64,000 nucleotides of DNA from Bacteroidales bacterium. GTDB taxonomy: Bacteria > Bacteroidota > Bacteroidia > Bacteroidales > JAAAOM01. The DNA lies in NCBI GenBank assembly GCA_963665085.2, contig CAXXXS010000001.1:609155-673154 (forward strand), written 5' to 3'. Under the pieces are notes generated by a model. It was not told the origin of the DNA. It made no database searches and saw only the letters and a list, made by a program, of their open reading frames with translations. The translations under genes and the position numbers were made by a program. This document shows positions 27,420 to 36,592 of the stretch, one piece after another. The first letter of the stretch is position 1; every line of letters starts with the position of its first letter.

Positions 27420-28268
27420 ATGAAAACAAAATTTTTACTCTTATTTGGAGCAATTCTGATAACTACCAATAGTTTCTCTCAAGACCCGAATTTTTATATC
27501 TATATATGTTTCGGACAATCAAATATGGAAGGACAGGGAGCTATCGAATCCCAGGATCAAACAGTAGATAATCGGTTCCAAGTTTTCCAGTCGCTTGACT
27601 GCCCAAACCTTGAAAGAGAAAAAAATAACTGGTACACAGCTGTGCCACCCGTATGTCAATGTTGGTCTGGTCTTTCACCCGCTGACTATTTTGGCAGGAC
27701 AATGGTTGATGTACTTCCAGACAGCATAAAAATAGGTGTTATTAGCGTTGCAGTTGGTGGATGCGACATTCGTTTATTTGACAAAGATATTTACGAAGAA
27801 TATGATTCAACTTATGAAGAAAGTTGGTTTGCAGATAAAGTTAAGGCTTATGGAGGAAATCCTTACCAACATCTTTTGAATTTGGCAAAATTAGCTCAAC
27901 AGGATGGCGTAATAAAGGGTGTCCTTCTTCACCAGGGTGAAACAAATACTGGTGACGAAAACTGGCCAACTTATGTCAAGAAAATCTATAATGACTTGCT
28001 AAATGATCTCTCTTTGGATAAAAATTCCATTCCTCTTTTGGCAGGAGAGACTGTTTCTGTTGGAGAAAATTGTTGTTCAAGCATGAATGAAATAATTAAC
28101 CTATTACCTGATACGATTCCCAGTGCTCATGTTATATCATCAAGTGGTTGTCCTTCGAAAGACGAGGCACATTTTAATTCAGAAGGATACAGAATATTAG
28201 GTAAACGATATGCAAAAACAATGCTTTCAATAATGGGTTATGATATTTCTTCTATCAAAGAAGAATAA
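27420..28268 (+). CDS. Secreted SGNH-type carbohydrate esterase (sialate O-acetylesterase/acetylxylan esterase-like)
   Basis: 282 aa. It has a signal peptide, the catalytic-Ser motif FGQSNMEGQG, and HQGETN and DEAHF motifs characteristic of the DUF303/sialate O-acetylesterase family. Confidence 0.75.
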   Translation: MKTKFLLLFGAILITTNSFSQDPNFYIYICFGQSNMEGQGAIESQDQTVDNRFQVFQSLDCPNLEREKNNWYTAVPPVCQCWSGLSPADYFGRTMVDVLPDSIKIGVISVAVGGCDIRLFDKDIYEEYDSTYEESWFADKVKAYGGNPYQHLLNLAKLAQQDGVIKGVLLHQGETNTGDENWPTYVKKIYNDLLNDLSLDKNSIPLLAGETVSVGENCCSSMNEIINLLPDTIPSAHVISSSGCPSKDEAHFNSEGYRILGKRYAKTMLSIMGYDISSIKEE

Positions 28269-28283
28269 AACGTTGATAGACTG

Positions 28284-29366
28284 TTAATCTTTCTTCCTGC
28301 TGTAGAAATGTTTTGAATCGCCCCACTCCCCATATCCAATCTCATGATCGGTAATGGCAATACGCGCTTCCAAACAATTTTTACAGTCTTCTGCACTATC
28401 ATCAGTACAAGGTTTATTATCGTAAAGAAAATAATCATCCCTATATTGACCAGGAGTAATATTTGGCATCACAACGTTTGCGCCAACCTTTATGGCTTTC
28501 TCACGTCCCAGCTTATCGATCGACTGCATAGCTGTTGTTGCAGCCATATTAATATCAGGCATCATCAGACGGAGAATAGCAATCATTTTAAGCGTACGAT
28601 CAAAACGTTCTTCTTTAGGTAATAATTCATCTCTAAATTCATACAATGGAGTATCCTTATGTTCAATATAGGGTCCCATACCAACCATATCTATATCGAA
28701 TGATTGCATGAACAACAAATCTTCTGCTAAAATCTCAGTCGTTTGAAATGGCAAACCAACCATAACCCCGGTACCTGTCTGATATCCAACTTCCTTTAAA
28801 TCTTTAAGCGCTTGCAGACGTTTATCGAAATCATGGAGCTCATTGTTTGGATGAATTTTCGAATATAATTCCCGATTGCTGGATTCAATCCTAAGCAGGT
28901 ATCGATGAGCACCGCTCTCAAACCATCTCTGGTAAGTCTCCTTGCTTTGTTCTCCCAGAGAAAGAGTCACTCCAACTTCATTATTTGAGATACGTTTTAT
29001 TTCTCTTAACAGGTTATCTATCCGATCAACAAAAGCAATATCATCTCTTTCTCCTGATTGTAAAACTACTGAGCCATATTTATTTTGATAGGCAAATTCA
29101 ACTGCTTTTAGTATCTCTTCATCATCAATATTATAACGATTTAGATCACTTCTTCCACTACGAATTCCACAATACAAACAATTCTTTTTGCAAATATTTG
29201 AGAACTCTATCAATCCCCGGAAATAAACTTTATCTGAAATAGTATTTTTTTTTACCCTGGCTGATGATTCAAAAAGAAATTGACGATCTTCTCCTTTGCT
29301 TTCCAAAAGAAAAACCAGATTCTCCTTTGTAAAAATTCTTTCTGCAATAATTTCTTTAATGTTCAT
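28284..29366 (-). CDS. hydE: [FeFe]-hydrogenase maturase HydE (radical SAM)
   Basis: 360 aa. Motifs present are LIEFSNICKKNCLYCGIR (CX3CX2C), VVLQSGERDD and the C-terminal accessory-cluster motif CTDDSAEDCKNC (CX7CX2C). It is longer than BioB and its motifs differ from BioB. Confidence 0.85.
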   Translation of the reverse strand: MNIKEIIAERIFTKENLVFLLESKGEDRQFLFESSARVKKNTISDKVYFRGLIEFSNICKKNCLYCGIRSGRSDLNRYNIDDEEILKAVEFAYQNKYGSVVLQSGERDDIAFVDRIDNLLREIKRISNNEVGVTLSLGEQSKETYQRWFESGAHRYLLRIESSNRELYSKIHPNNELHDFDKRLQALKDLKEVGYQTGTGVMVGLPFQTTEILAEDLLFMQSFDIDMVGMGPYIEHKDTPLYEFRDELLPKEERFDRTLKMIAILRLMMPDINMAATTAMQSIDKLGREKAIKVGANVVMPNITPGQYRDDYFLYDNKPCTDDSAEDCKNCLEARIAITDHEIGYGEWGDSKHFYSRKKD

Positions 29367-29536
29367 CCTTTTAATTCCTCAAGCTCGAAATAATATTTTT
29401 TTCTCCTACTTCTTCAAGTCCTCCTCTAAGGAGGATTTAGGAGGTCATTCTTAATAAAAACAGGTTCTATTAACTAATGGCAATTACATCAATCTAAGAT
29501 CTACTGATTCTTTTTTATCTGGTCAGATATTCTCTA

Positions 29537-29860
29537 CTATAAAAGTCCAAGCTCTAATTTTGCTTCTTCACTAAGCATATCCTGATCCCATGGAGGATCA
29601 AAAACCAATTTTACTTCTGAAGAATTCACTCCGCTCACCATATCAACTGCATTTTGTACATCCATTAATACCTGATCGGCCATTGGACAGTTTGGAGCAG
29701 TAAGAGTCATGGTTACAGCAACATCGTAATTATCATTCACATCAATTTCGTAAATTAATCCAAGATCATAAACATTTACAGGAATTTCAGGATCGTAAAC
29801 ATGTTTTAATCCCATCACGATATCAGCCTCAATTTGTAATTTCTTATTTGGATCTGCCAT
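29537..29860 (-). CDS. SUF-associated DUF59/MIP18-family Fe-S assembly protein (SufT-like)
   Basis: 107 aa with DPEIPVNVYDLGLIY and the TLTAPNCPMA conserved cysteine. It is the last gene of the suf cluster. Confidence 0.85.
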   Translation of the reverse strand: MADPNKKLQIEADIVMGLKHVYDPEIPVNVYDLGLIYEIDVNDNYDVAVTMTLTAPNCPMADQVLMDVQNAVDMVSGVNSSEVKLVFDPPWDQDMLSEEAKLELGLL

Positions 29861-30035
29861 GACAGTAATTTTTTTTTGTTAAATAATCTTGCAATTACCT
29901 AGCATGAGCTCATACTTCGTCACCGGTTTATTGCAGATACTTTTGTTACAATAGAATTTAAATAATTCAGATTTTCGATATTTGATTTCTGATTTCTGAA
30001 ATCGAAAATCAACATACTAAAATCTCCAAAACAAT

Positions 30036-30458
30036 TTATTTATTTTTTGCCTGGTATGCCAGTGCATATAATTTCATTTGTTTTATCATTGACACCAACC
30101 CATTTGAACGTGTTGGCGACAAATTTTCTTTTAATCCGATTTTATCAATAAAGTACAATTCGTTATTTAGAATTTCTTCAGGACTACGGTTTGAAAGAAC
30201 CCGGATTAACAATGCAACCAAACCTTTTGTAATAATAGCATCGCTATCTGCAGTAAAAACAATTTTATCCCCATCTAGTTCAGCGTTAAGCCAAACTCTT
30301 GATTGACATCCCTGGATAAGATTCTGTGTTACTTTATATTTAGCATCAATCATGGGTACATCTTTGCTAATATCAATGAGGTAATTGTATTTTTCCATCC
30401 AATCCTCAAAAACAGAAAACTCTTCGATTATTTCGTCCTGTACTTCGTTAATTCCCAT
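30036..30458 (-). CDS. sufE: Cysteine desulfuration protein SufE
   Basis: 140 aa with the active-site context IQGCQSRVWL, downstream of sufS. Confidence 0.87.
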   Translation of the reverse strand: MGINEVQDEIIEEFSVFEDWMEKYNYLIDISKDVPMIDAKYKVTQNLIQGCQSRVWLNAELDGDKIVFTADSDAIITKGLVALLIRVLSNRSPEEILNNELYFIDKIGLKENLSPTRSNGLVSMIKQMKLYALAYQAKNK

Positions 30459-30505
30459 TTAACCAGATTTAAAAATAAAAATGCAAAGTTAATGAAAAGA
30501 GCAGG

Positions 30506-31726
30506 CTACCCAAACATTTCCTTCACTGTTATCAACCCATTAAACAGGATATCAATTTCTTCTTTTGTGTTATAAAATGATAATGATGCGCGGATTGTTC
30601 CCTCAATCCCAAAACGCTGCATGACAGGCTGTGTACAATGAGTTCCTGTACGAACTGCGATCCCAAGTTTATCGAGTACCATGCCCGTATCATATTGATG
30701 AATATTATCGATTAAAAAAGAAAGGATCGCAACCTTATGCTTTGCTGTTCCATATATTTTTAATCCTTCAATAGAAGTAAGTTTTTCTGTACCATATGCT
30801 AATAGTTCTGCTTCATAATCCCTGATATTTTCAAGACCTATTGTCTGAACATATTTTATTGCTTCTGCCAAACCAATAGCTCCAATATAATTCGTTGTTC
30901 CTGCTTCAAATTTAAAAGGTAACTCATTAAAAGTGGTTTCTTCAAGGGTAACAATATCAACCATATCTCCTCCTCCCTGGTAAGGAGGTATTTCATCAAG
31001 CCATTTTTCTTTCCCATACAACACACCAATGCCTGTTGGTCCATAAATTTTGTGACCTGCAAATACCAGAAAATCACAATCCAGATCCTGTACATTTATA
31101 GGCTCATGCTGAATTGCCTGGGCAGCATCCAACAATACAGGAACATTTTTCTGATGACAAATATCGATGATTTCCTTTGCAGGATTTACTGTCCCCAGCG
31201 AATTGGAAACATAAACCATTGACATTATTCGGGTCTTCTCTGTAATGAGTTGTTCTATCTTATCAAGCTCCAGCTCTCCCCTATCATTTATTGGAATGTA
31301 CTTTAAAGTTGCTCCCTTTCTTTTACACAAAAGCTGCCAGGGAACAATATTAGCATGGTGTTCCATCTGGGTGATCAAAACCTCATCACCTTCTTTTATA
31401 AATCTTTCACCAAACGAATAAGCAACGGTATTAATTGAACCGGTAGCACCACTGGTAAAAATAATCTCATGTTGATGTTTAGCATTTATAAACTCCTGGA
31501 TAGTTTTACGTGCATCTTCATAGTGCTGCGTCATTTTACCACTTAAACTATGCACACCACGATGTATACTACTATTCTCTTCAACATGAAGCTTGTTGAT
31601 TGTATCAATTACAACCTGAGGTTTCTGAGTTGTTGCCCCATTATCAAAGTATACCAATGGTTTATTGTAGACAGTCTTTTTTAGAATTGGAAAGTCTTCC
31701 CGTATCTTGTTTACATCAAAACTCAT
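30506..31726 (-). CDS. sufS: Cysteine desulfurase SufS (class V aminotransferase, group II)
   Basis: 406 aa. The PLP-lysine context is FAGHKIYGPTGIGVLYG and the catalytic-Cys loop is RTGTHCTQP. Confidence 0.93.
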   Translation of the reverse strand: MSFDVNKIREDFPILKKTVYNKPLVYFDNGATTQKPQVVIDTINKLHVEENSSIHRGVHSLSGKMTQHYEDARKTIQEFINAKHQHEIIFTSGATGSINTVAYSFGERFIKEGDEVLITQMEHHANIVPWQLLCKRKGATLKYIPINDRGELELDKIEQLITEKTRIMSMVYVSNSLGTVNPAKEIIDICHQKNVPVLLDAAQAIQHEPINVQDLDCDFLVFAGHKIYGPTGIGVLYGKEKWLDEIPPYQGGGDMVDIVTLEETTFNELPFKFEAGTTNYIGAIGLAEAIKYVQTIGLENIRDYEAELLAYGTEKLTSIEGLKIYGTAKHKVAILSFLIDNIHQYDTGMVLDKLGIAVRTGTHCTQPVMQRFGIEGTIRASLSFYNTKEEIDILFNGLITVKEMFG

Positions 31727-31736
31727 TGTTAAATTT

Positions 31737-33104
31737 TTATCCTGCGCAATGAACGAAACAATTATTACATCTGCTTAATTCACCTCGCAAACGTTTATCC
31801 ACCAGTTCATCAATCCTGTCTCTCAATGCTTCTGTTTTAATATTGCGAATAATCTCATTCGCAAAAGCAAATAACATTAAAAAGCGGGCTTCTTTTTCCC
31901 CAATTCCTCTTGAACGCAAATAAAACATCGCTTCTTTATCAATCTGACCAACAGTAGCGCCGTGGCTACATTTCACATCGTCGGCATAAATCTCTAACTG
32001 AGGTTTTGTATTCATCTTTGCTTCATCGGTAAGCAAAATGTTATTATTTCGCTGAAATGCCGAGGTCTTTTGAGCATCTTTTGCTACATAAATCTTTCCA
32101 TTAAATGCACCAGTTGCCTTATTGTCAAGAATTCCTTTAAAAAGCTGATTACTTGTGCAATTCGGCACAGTATGTTCTATCAATGTATAGCTATCAACAT
32201 GCTGATTGCTATCAGAAAGATATAGTCCGTTTGTATCATTATGAGCTCCTTCACCATTCAACTTTACATACACATTGTTACGAACCAATCCTCCATGCAG
32301 GGTTATTGTATTTTCCTCAACGGTACTGTTTGCTTCCTGATGAATAAATTGATTTGAGATCTGTACCGAACCATTGTGTTCATTTTGTACCCGGGTAATT
32401 GTAAGGTTAGCATTCTCTGCGATATAAATCTCCGAAACAGAATTTGTAAGAAATTTCTGTGGAGATAAAGTATGATCACAAATTATTAGTTCCAATTGTG
32501 AATTCTCATCAACAACGAATAAATTGCGGTGTTGAACCATTAATTCCTGTTCTGACAACAATAAATTCACAATCTGAATCGGTTTATCTACAACAACACC
32601 TTTAGGAACATATAGAAACAAACCATCTTGTGTGAATAGCGTATTTAAAGAAACTAATCCATCAGTTTCTGTTTTTGCATATTTACCATAATGTTTCTGA
32701 TAAATATCTGAATGTTCCTCAGCCATTTTCTGAAAACTTCCGAAAATAATCCCCTCTATATTCACAGTTGAATTGAACTTCTCGTAATAAAATCCATTTA
32801 AAAGTATGATGTTGTGTGTATCCAACGATGGCACATCACACCTGAAAATATCATTTAAGTTAAATGGTATATTCTGTGGTTCAAATATAGTGTTGTAGCC
32901 ATTTTTAAGATGAGGCTCTAAAAATGTATATTTATATTTTTCATCTTTTCGTGCAGGTAACCCTTTGGAGTTTAAATAATCCAAAGCTGCTTCTCGTCTG
33001 TTATTAACTATTGGCGAGGAGTTACCTATAATCTGCCCGCTAAAATCATTATAAAGCTGATTAAAATATGCTGTTAAATTCTCTTTACTAATTTCTGACG
33101 CCAT
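31737..33104 (-). CDS. sufD: Fe-S cluster assembly protein SufD
   Basis: 455 aa with SufB/D-family beta-helix C-terminal motifs (KPQLEIYADDVKCSHGATVGQID, ALFYLRSRGI-like). It sits between sufC and sufS. Confidence 0.9.
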   Translation of the reverse strand: MASEISKENLTAYFNQLYNDFSGQIIGNSSPIVNNRREAALDYLNSKGLPARKDEKYKYTFLEPHLKNGYNTIFEPQNIPFNLNDIFRCDVPSLDTHNIILLNGFYYEKFNSTVNIEGIIFGSFQKMAEEHSDIYQKHYGKYAKTETDGLVSLNTLFTQDGLFLYVPKGVVVDKPIQIVNLLLSEQELMVQHRNLFVVDENSQLELIICDHTLSPQKFLTNSVSEIYIAENANLTITRVQNEHNGSVQISNQFIHQEANSTVEENTITLHGGLVRNNVYVKLNGEGAHNDTNGLYLSDSNQHVDSYTLIEHTVPNCTSNQLFKGILDNKATGAFNGKIYVAKDAQKTSAFQRNNNILLTDEAKMNTKPQLEIYADDVKCSHGATVGQIDKEAMFYLRSRGIGEKEARFLMLFAFANEIIRNIKTEALRDRIDELVDKRLRGELSRCNNCFVHCAG

Positions 33105-33115
33105 AATACTAATCT

Positions 33116-33871
33116 TTATTCCTCAACCAATTCCTTTTTAATCCAATCATAACCTTTTTCTTCTAATTCTAAGGCTAGATCTTTATTTCCTGATTTAACA
33201 ATTTTCCCTTTATAAAGAACATGAACAAAATCAGGGACAATATAATCCAGTAATCTTTGATAGTGAGTTATAACAATTGTAGCGGTATCACTAGATTTCA
33301 ATTTAACAACACCATTTGCTACAATTCTTAAGGCATCAATATCAAGACCGGAATCTGTCTCGTCAAGAATTGACAGTTTAGGTTCAAGCATAGCCATTTG
33401 GAAAATCTCATTCTTTTTCTTTTCTCCTCCAGAGAATCCTTCATTTACCGAGCGATTGGTAAGCTGAGAATCAATTTCAACCAAAGCTTTTTTCTCTCGC
33501 ATCAATTTCAAAAATTCAGCAGCACTAAGCGGAGCTAAGTTTTTATATTTTCTATGTTCATTAACAGCAGTCTTTAGGAAATTAACCATGCTGACACCCG
33601 GAATTTCAACCGGATATTGAAATCCTAAAAATATACCTTCTCTGGAACGATCTTCGGGAGATAACTCTAACAAATCCTTGCCCATAAAAGTTACTTCGCC
33701 ATCGGTTACTACTGCATATTCCCTTCCTGAAAGTGCTGATGCCAATGTACTTTTCCCAGAACCATTAGGTCCCATTATAGCATGAACTTCTCCTGGTTTT
33801 ACTTCGAGATTAATTCCTTTTAATATTTCTTTCCCCTCTATTGATGCATGTAAGTTCTTTATTGTAAGCAT
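33116..33871 (-). CDS. sufC: Fe-S cluster assembly ATPase SufC
   Basis: 251 aa with Walker A GPNGSGKST, ABC signature FSGGEKKK and Walker B LSILDETDSGLD. Confidence 0.95.
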   Translation of the reverse strand: MLTIKNLHASIEGKEILKGINLEVKPGEVHAIMGPNGSGKSTLASALSGREYAVVTDGEVTFMGKDLLELSPEDRSREGIFLGFQYPVEIPGVSMVNFLKTAVNEHRKYKNLAPLSAAEFLKLMREKKALVEIDSQLTNRSVNEGFSGGEKKKNEIFQMAMLEPKLSILDETDSGLDIDALRIVANGVVKLKSSDTATIVITHYQRLLDYIVPDFVHVLYKGKIVKSGNKDLALELEEKGYDWIKKELVEE

Positions 33872-33923
33872 ATATTAAATCTTTATTGTTCTATATTAAA
33901 ATCATCCTCTGAGAGCTGGCCTG

Positions 33924-35378
33924 TTATCCAACACTTCCTTCCAGACTTATCTGTAATAATTTTTGAGCTTCAACAGCAAATTCCATGGGCAATTTGTTAA
34001 GCACTTCTTTTGCATATCCGTTAACAATTAAGCCAACTGCTGTCTCTGTATCAATCCCTCTTTGATTACAGTAAAAAATCTGGTCTTCGCCAATCTTTGA
34101 AGTAGTAGCCTCGTGTTCAACAACAGCTGTGCTGTTATCCGTTTCAATATAAGGGAATGTATGAGCTCCGCAAGTATCACCTAAGAGCAAAGAGTCGCAT
34201 TGCGTAAAGTTTCTTGCATTTTCCGCATTTTTGGTAACCTTAACCAATCCCCGATAACTATTCTCGCTTTTCCCTGCTGAGATACCTTTTGAGATAATTG
34301 TACTTCTGGTATTTTTCCCTACATGAAGCATTTTTGTTCCAGTATCTGCCTGCTGATAATTATTTGTTACAGCTACTGAATAAAATTCCCCGATAGAATT
34401 ATTTCCTCTAAGGATACAACTAGGGTATTTCCACGTAATGGCAGATCCTGTCTCAACCTGGGTCCAGGATATTTTGGAATTATCCCCTTTACAGATTCCT
34501 CGTTTCGTTACAAAATTATATACTCCACCCTTACCGTTTTTATCACCCGGATACCAGTTTTGTACGGTAGAGTACTTAACTTCTGCATTCTCCATTGCTA
34601 CAATTTCTACTATTGCAGCATGAAGTTGGTTTTCATCACGCATTGGAGCTGTACATCCTTCCAGATAACTAACGTAACTATCGTCATCAGCAACAATCAG
34701 TGTTCTTTCAAACTGCCCCGTGTTTGCTGCATTGATTCGAAAGTAAGTTGATAATTCCATCGGACATCTAACTCCTTTCGGAATATAACAGAAAGAACCA
34801 TCACTAAACACAGCTGAATTTAATGATGCAAAAAAATTATCTGTAAACGGTACTACCGATCCCATATATTTTTTTACCAAGTCAGGATGCTTCTGAACAG
34901 CTTCACTAAAGGAACAGAATATTATGCCCAGTTCAGCTAATGTATCCTGGAAAGTAGTTTTAACAGAAATGGAGTCCATTACAGCATCAACCGCAACGCC
35001 TGTTAAACGTTTTTGTTCGTCTAAAGGAATACCCAGCCTGCTAAAAGTATCTAATAACTCTGGATCTACTTCATCCAATGAGCTTAATTCTTTTTTCTTT
35101 TTAGGAGCTGCATAATATATAACATCCTGGTAATCGATTTCCGGAATATTTAAATGAGGCCAATCAGGCATTTTAAGAGTTTCCCAATGTTTGTAAGCTT
35201 TTAATCTAAATTCCAGCATCCATTCAGGCTCATTTTTTTTTGATGAAATCATGCGCACAACATCTTCACTTAATCCTTTGGGGATTGCATCTATCTCAAC
35301 GTCTGTAGTAAAGCCGTACTTATATTCTCCCTGCGTTACTTCTCCTAATATCTTATCTTGTTCTTTCTCCATATCCAA
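33924..35378 (-). CDS. sufB: Fe-S cluster assembly scaffold SufB
   Basis: 484 aa with highly conserved SufB segments ([50 protein letters not shown]). Confidence 0.95.
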   Translation of the reverse strand: MDMEKEQDKILGEVTQGEYKYGFTTDVEIDAIPKGLSEDVVRMISSKKNEPEWMLEFRLKAYKHWETLKMPDWPHLNIPEIDYQDVIYYAAPKKKKELSSLDEVDPELLDTFSRLGIPLDEQKRLTGVAVDAVMDSISVKTTFQDTLAELGIIFCSFSEAVQKHPDLVKKYMGSVVPFTDNFFASLNSAVFSDGSFCYIPKGVRCPMELSTYFRINAANTGQFERTLIVADDDSYVSYLEGCTAPMRDENQLHAAIVEIVAMENAEVKYSTVQNWYPGDKNGKGGVYNFVTKRGICKGDNSKISWTQVETGSAITWKYPSCILRGNNSIGEFYSVAVTNNYQQADTGTKMLHVGKNTRSTIISKGISAGKSENSYRGLVKVTKNAENARNFTQCDSLLLGDTCGAHTFPYIETDNSTAVVEHEATTSKIGEDQIFYCNQRGIDTETAVGLIVNGYAKEVLNKLPMEFAVEAQKLLQISLEGSVG

Positions 35379-35488
35379 TCAGGTTTCAATACATTATTTA
35401 GATTTAATCTAAATAACAACAAAGATACAAAATCTATCGCAAACTTATGAATCTTTGTAACAATTGAAGACGAGTAAAAGTTTATAAA

Positions 35489-36532
35489 ATGACAGATAAA
35501 AAGCAGGAGATACATAGTATTTCAGAGATTGGTGAATTTAAATTAATTGATGAATTAACAAAAGACATCAAGCTAAAAAATGAAAGTTCAGAAACTGGAA
35601 TTGGTGATGATGCAGCGATTCTTAATTACGAAGATAAAAAAGTTGTTATAACAACAGATTTACTTACTGAAGGAATTCATTTCAACCTGATTTATACTCC
35701 CATAAAGCATCTTGGGTATAAAGCTGCAGTCATTAATTTCTCTGATATTTATGCGATGAATGCAATACCTAAACAAATTGTTGTTTCATTAGCAATTTCC
35801 AACAAATTCTCCAAAGAAGCTGTAGAAGCCCTGTATGATGGAATAAAATTAGCCTGCGAAAAATATAATGTTGATTTAGTTGGAGGCGACACATCAAGTT
35901 CATTAACGGGTCTTACTATCTCAATAACAGCTATTGGAGAAGGAGACGAAGACAAATTAGTTTATCGTAGCGGAGCACAAAAAAATGATTTAATATGTGT
36001 GTCAGGAAATCTGGGTGCAGCCTATATGGGAATCCAGATACTTGAAAGAGAACGATATGTTTTTGAGAATAACCCTGAACAACAACCGGACTTGAGTAAC
36101 TACTCATACATCCTGGAAAGACAACTTAAACCGGAAGCAAGAAAGGATATCATAGAATTCCTTGACGAAAAAAATATTATCCCAACTTCAATGATCGATC
36201 TCTCTGATGGATTATCATCAGATATTCTACAGATTTGTAAAAGTAGCCAGTGCGGTTGCAGAATTTACCAGGAAAAAATACCTGTTGACACAGAAACTGC
36301 TGATACAGCGAAAGAGATGAATATTGAGCCACTGGTAGCAGCCCTAAACGGAGGAGAAGATTATGAAATGCTCTTTACTGTTCCGGTAACGTCTTATGAA
36401 CGTATAAATAGTGTCCCCGGAATTTCTGTAATCGGACATATTACAAGCGAAAAAGAAGGCTGTTATTTAATTACTGAAGCTGAACAAGCTGTAGAGATAA
36501 AAGCCCAGGGGTGGGATACCAGCGAACAATAA
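35489..36532 (+). CDS. thiL: Thiamine-monophosphate kinase
   Basis: 347 aa. AIR-synthase-related fold motifs are present: GIGDDAAIL, VGGDTS, DLSDGL. Confidence 0.9.
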   Translation: MTDKKQEIHSISEIGEFKLIDELTKDIKLKNESSETGIGDDAAILNYEDKKVVITTDLLTEGIHFNLIYTPIKHLGYKAAVINFSDIYAMNAIPKQIVVSLAISNKFSKEAVEALYDGIKLACEKYNVDLVGGDTSSSLTGLTISITAIGEGDEDKLVYRSGAQKNDLICVSGNLGAAYMGIQILERERYVFENNPEQQPDLSNYSYILERQLKPEARKDIIEFLDEKNIIPTSMIDLSDGLSSDILQICKSSQCGCRIYQEKIPVDTETADTAKEMNIEPLVAALNGGEDYEMLFTVPVTSYERINSVPGISVIGHITSEKEGCYLITEAEQAVEIKAQGWDTSEQ

Positions 36533-36592
36533 AAAAATCCTCAGGTTTTACCTGAGGATTTTATTCTATATTTTCTTTGTAAATAATAATTA

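Noticed and set aside
35643-35654. TTGTTATAACAA, a perfect 12-nt palindrome with Rex-like half-sites
   Set aside because: It lies inside the thiL coding region and has no 4-nt spacer, so it does not share the 18-bp geometry of the two promoter sites. It is probably coincidental.
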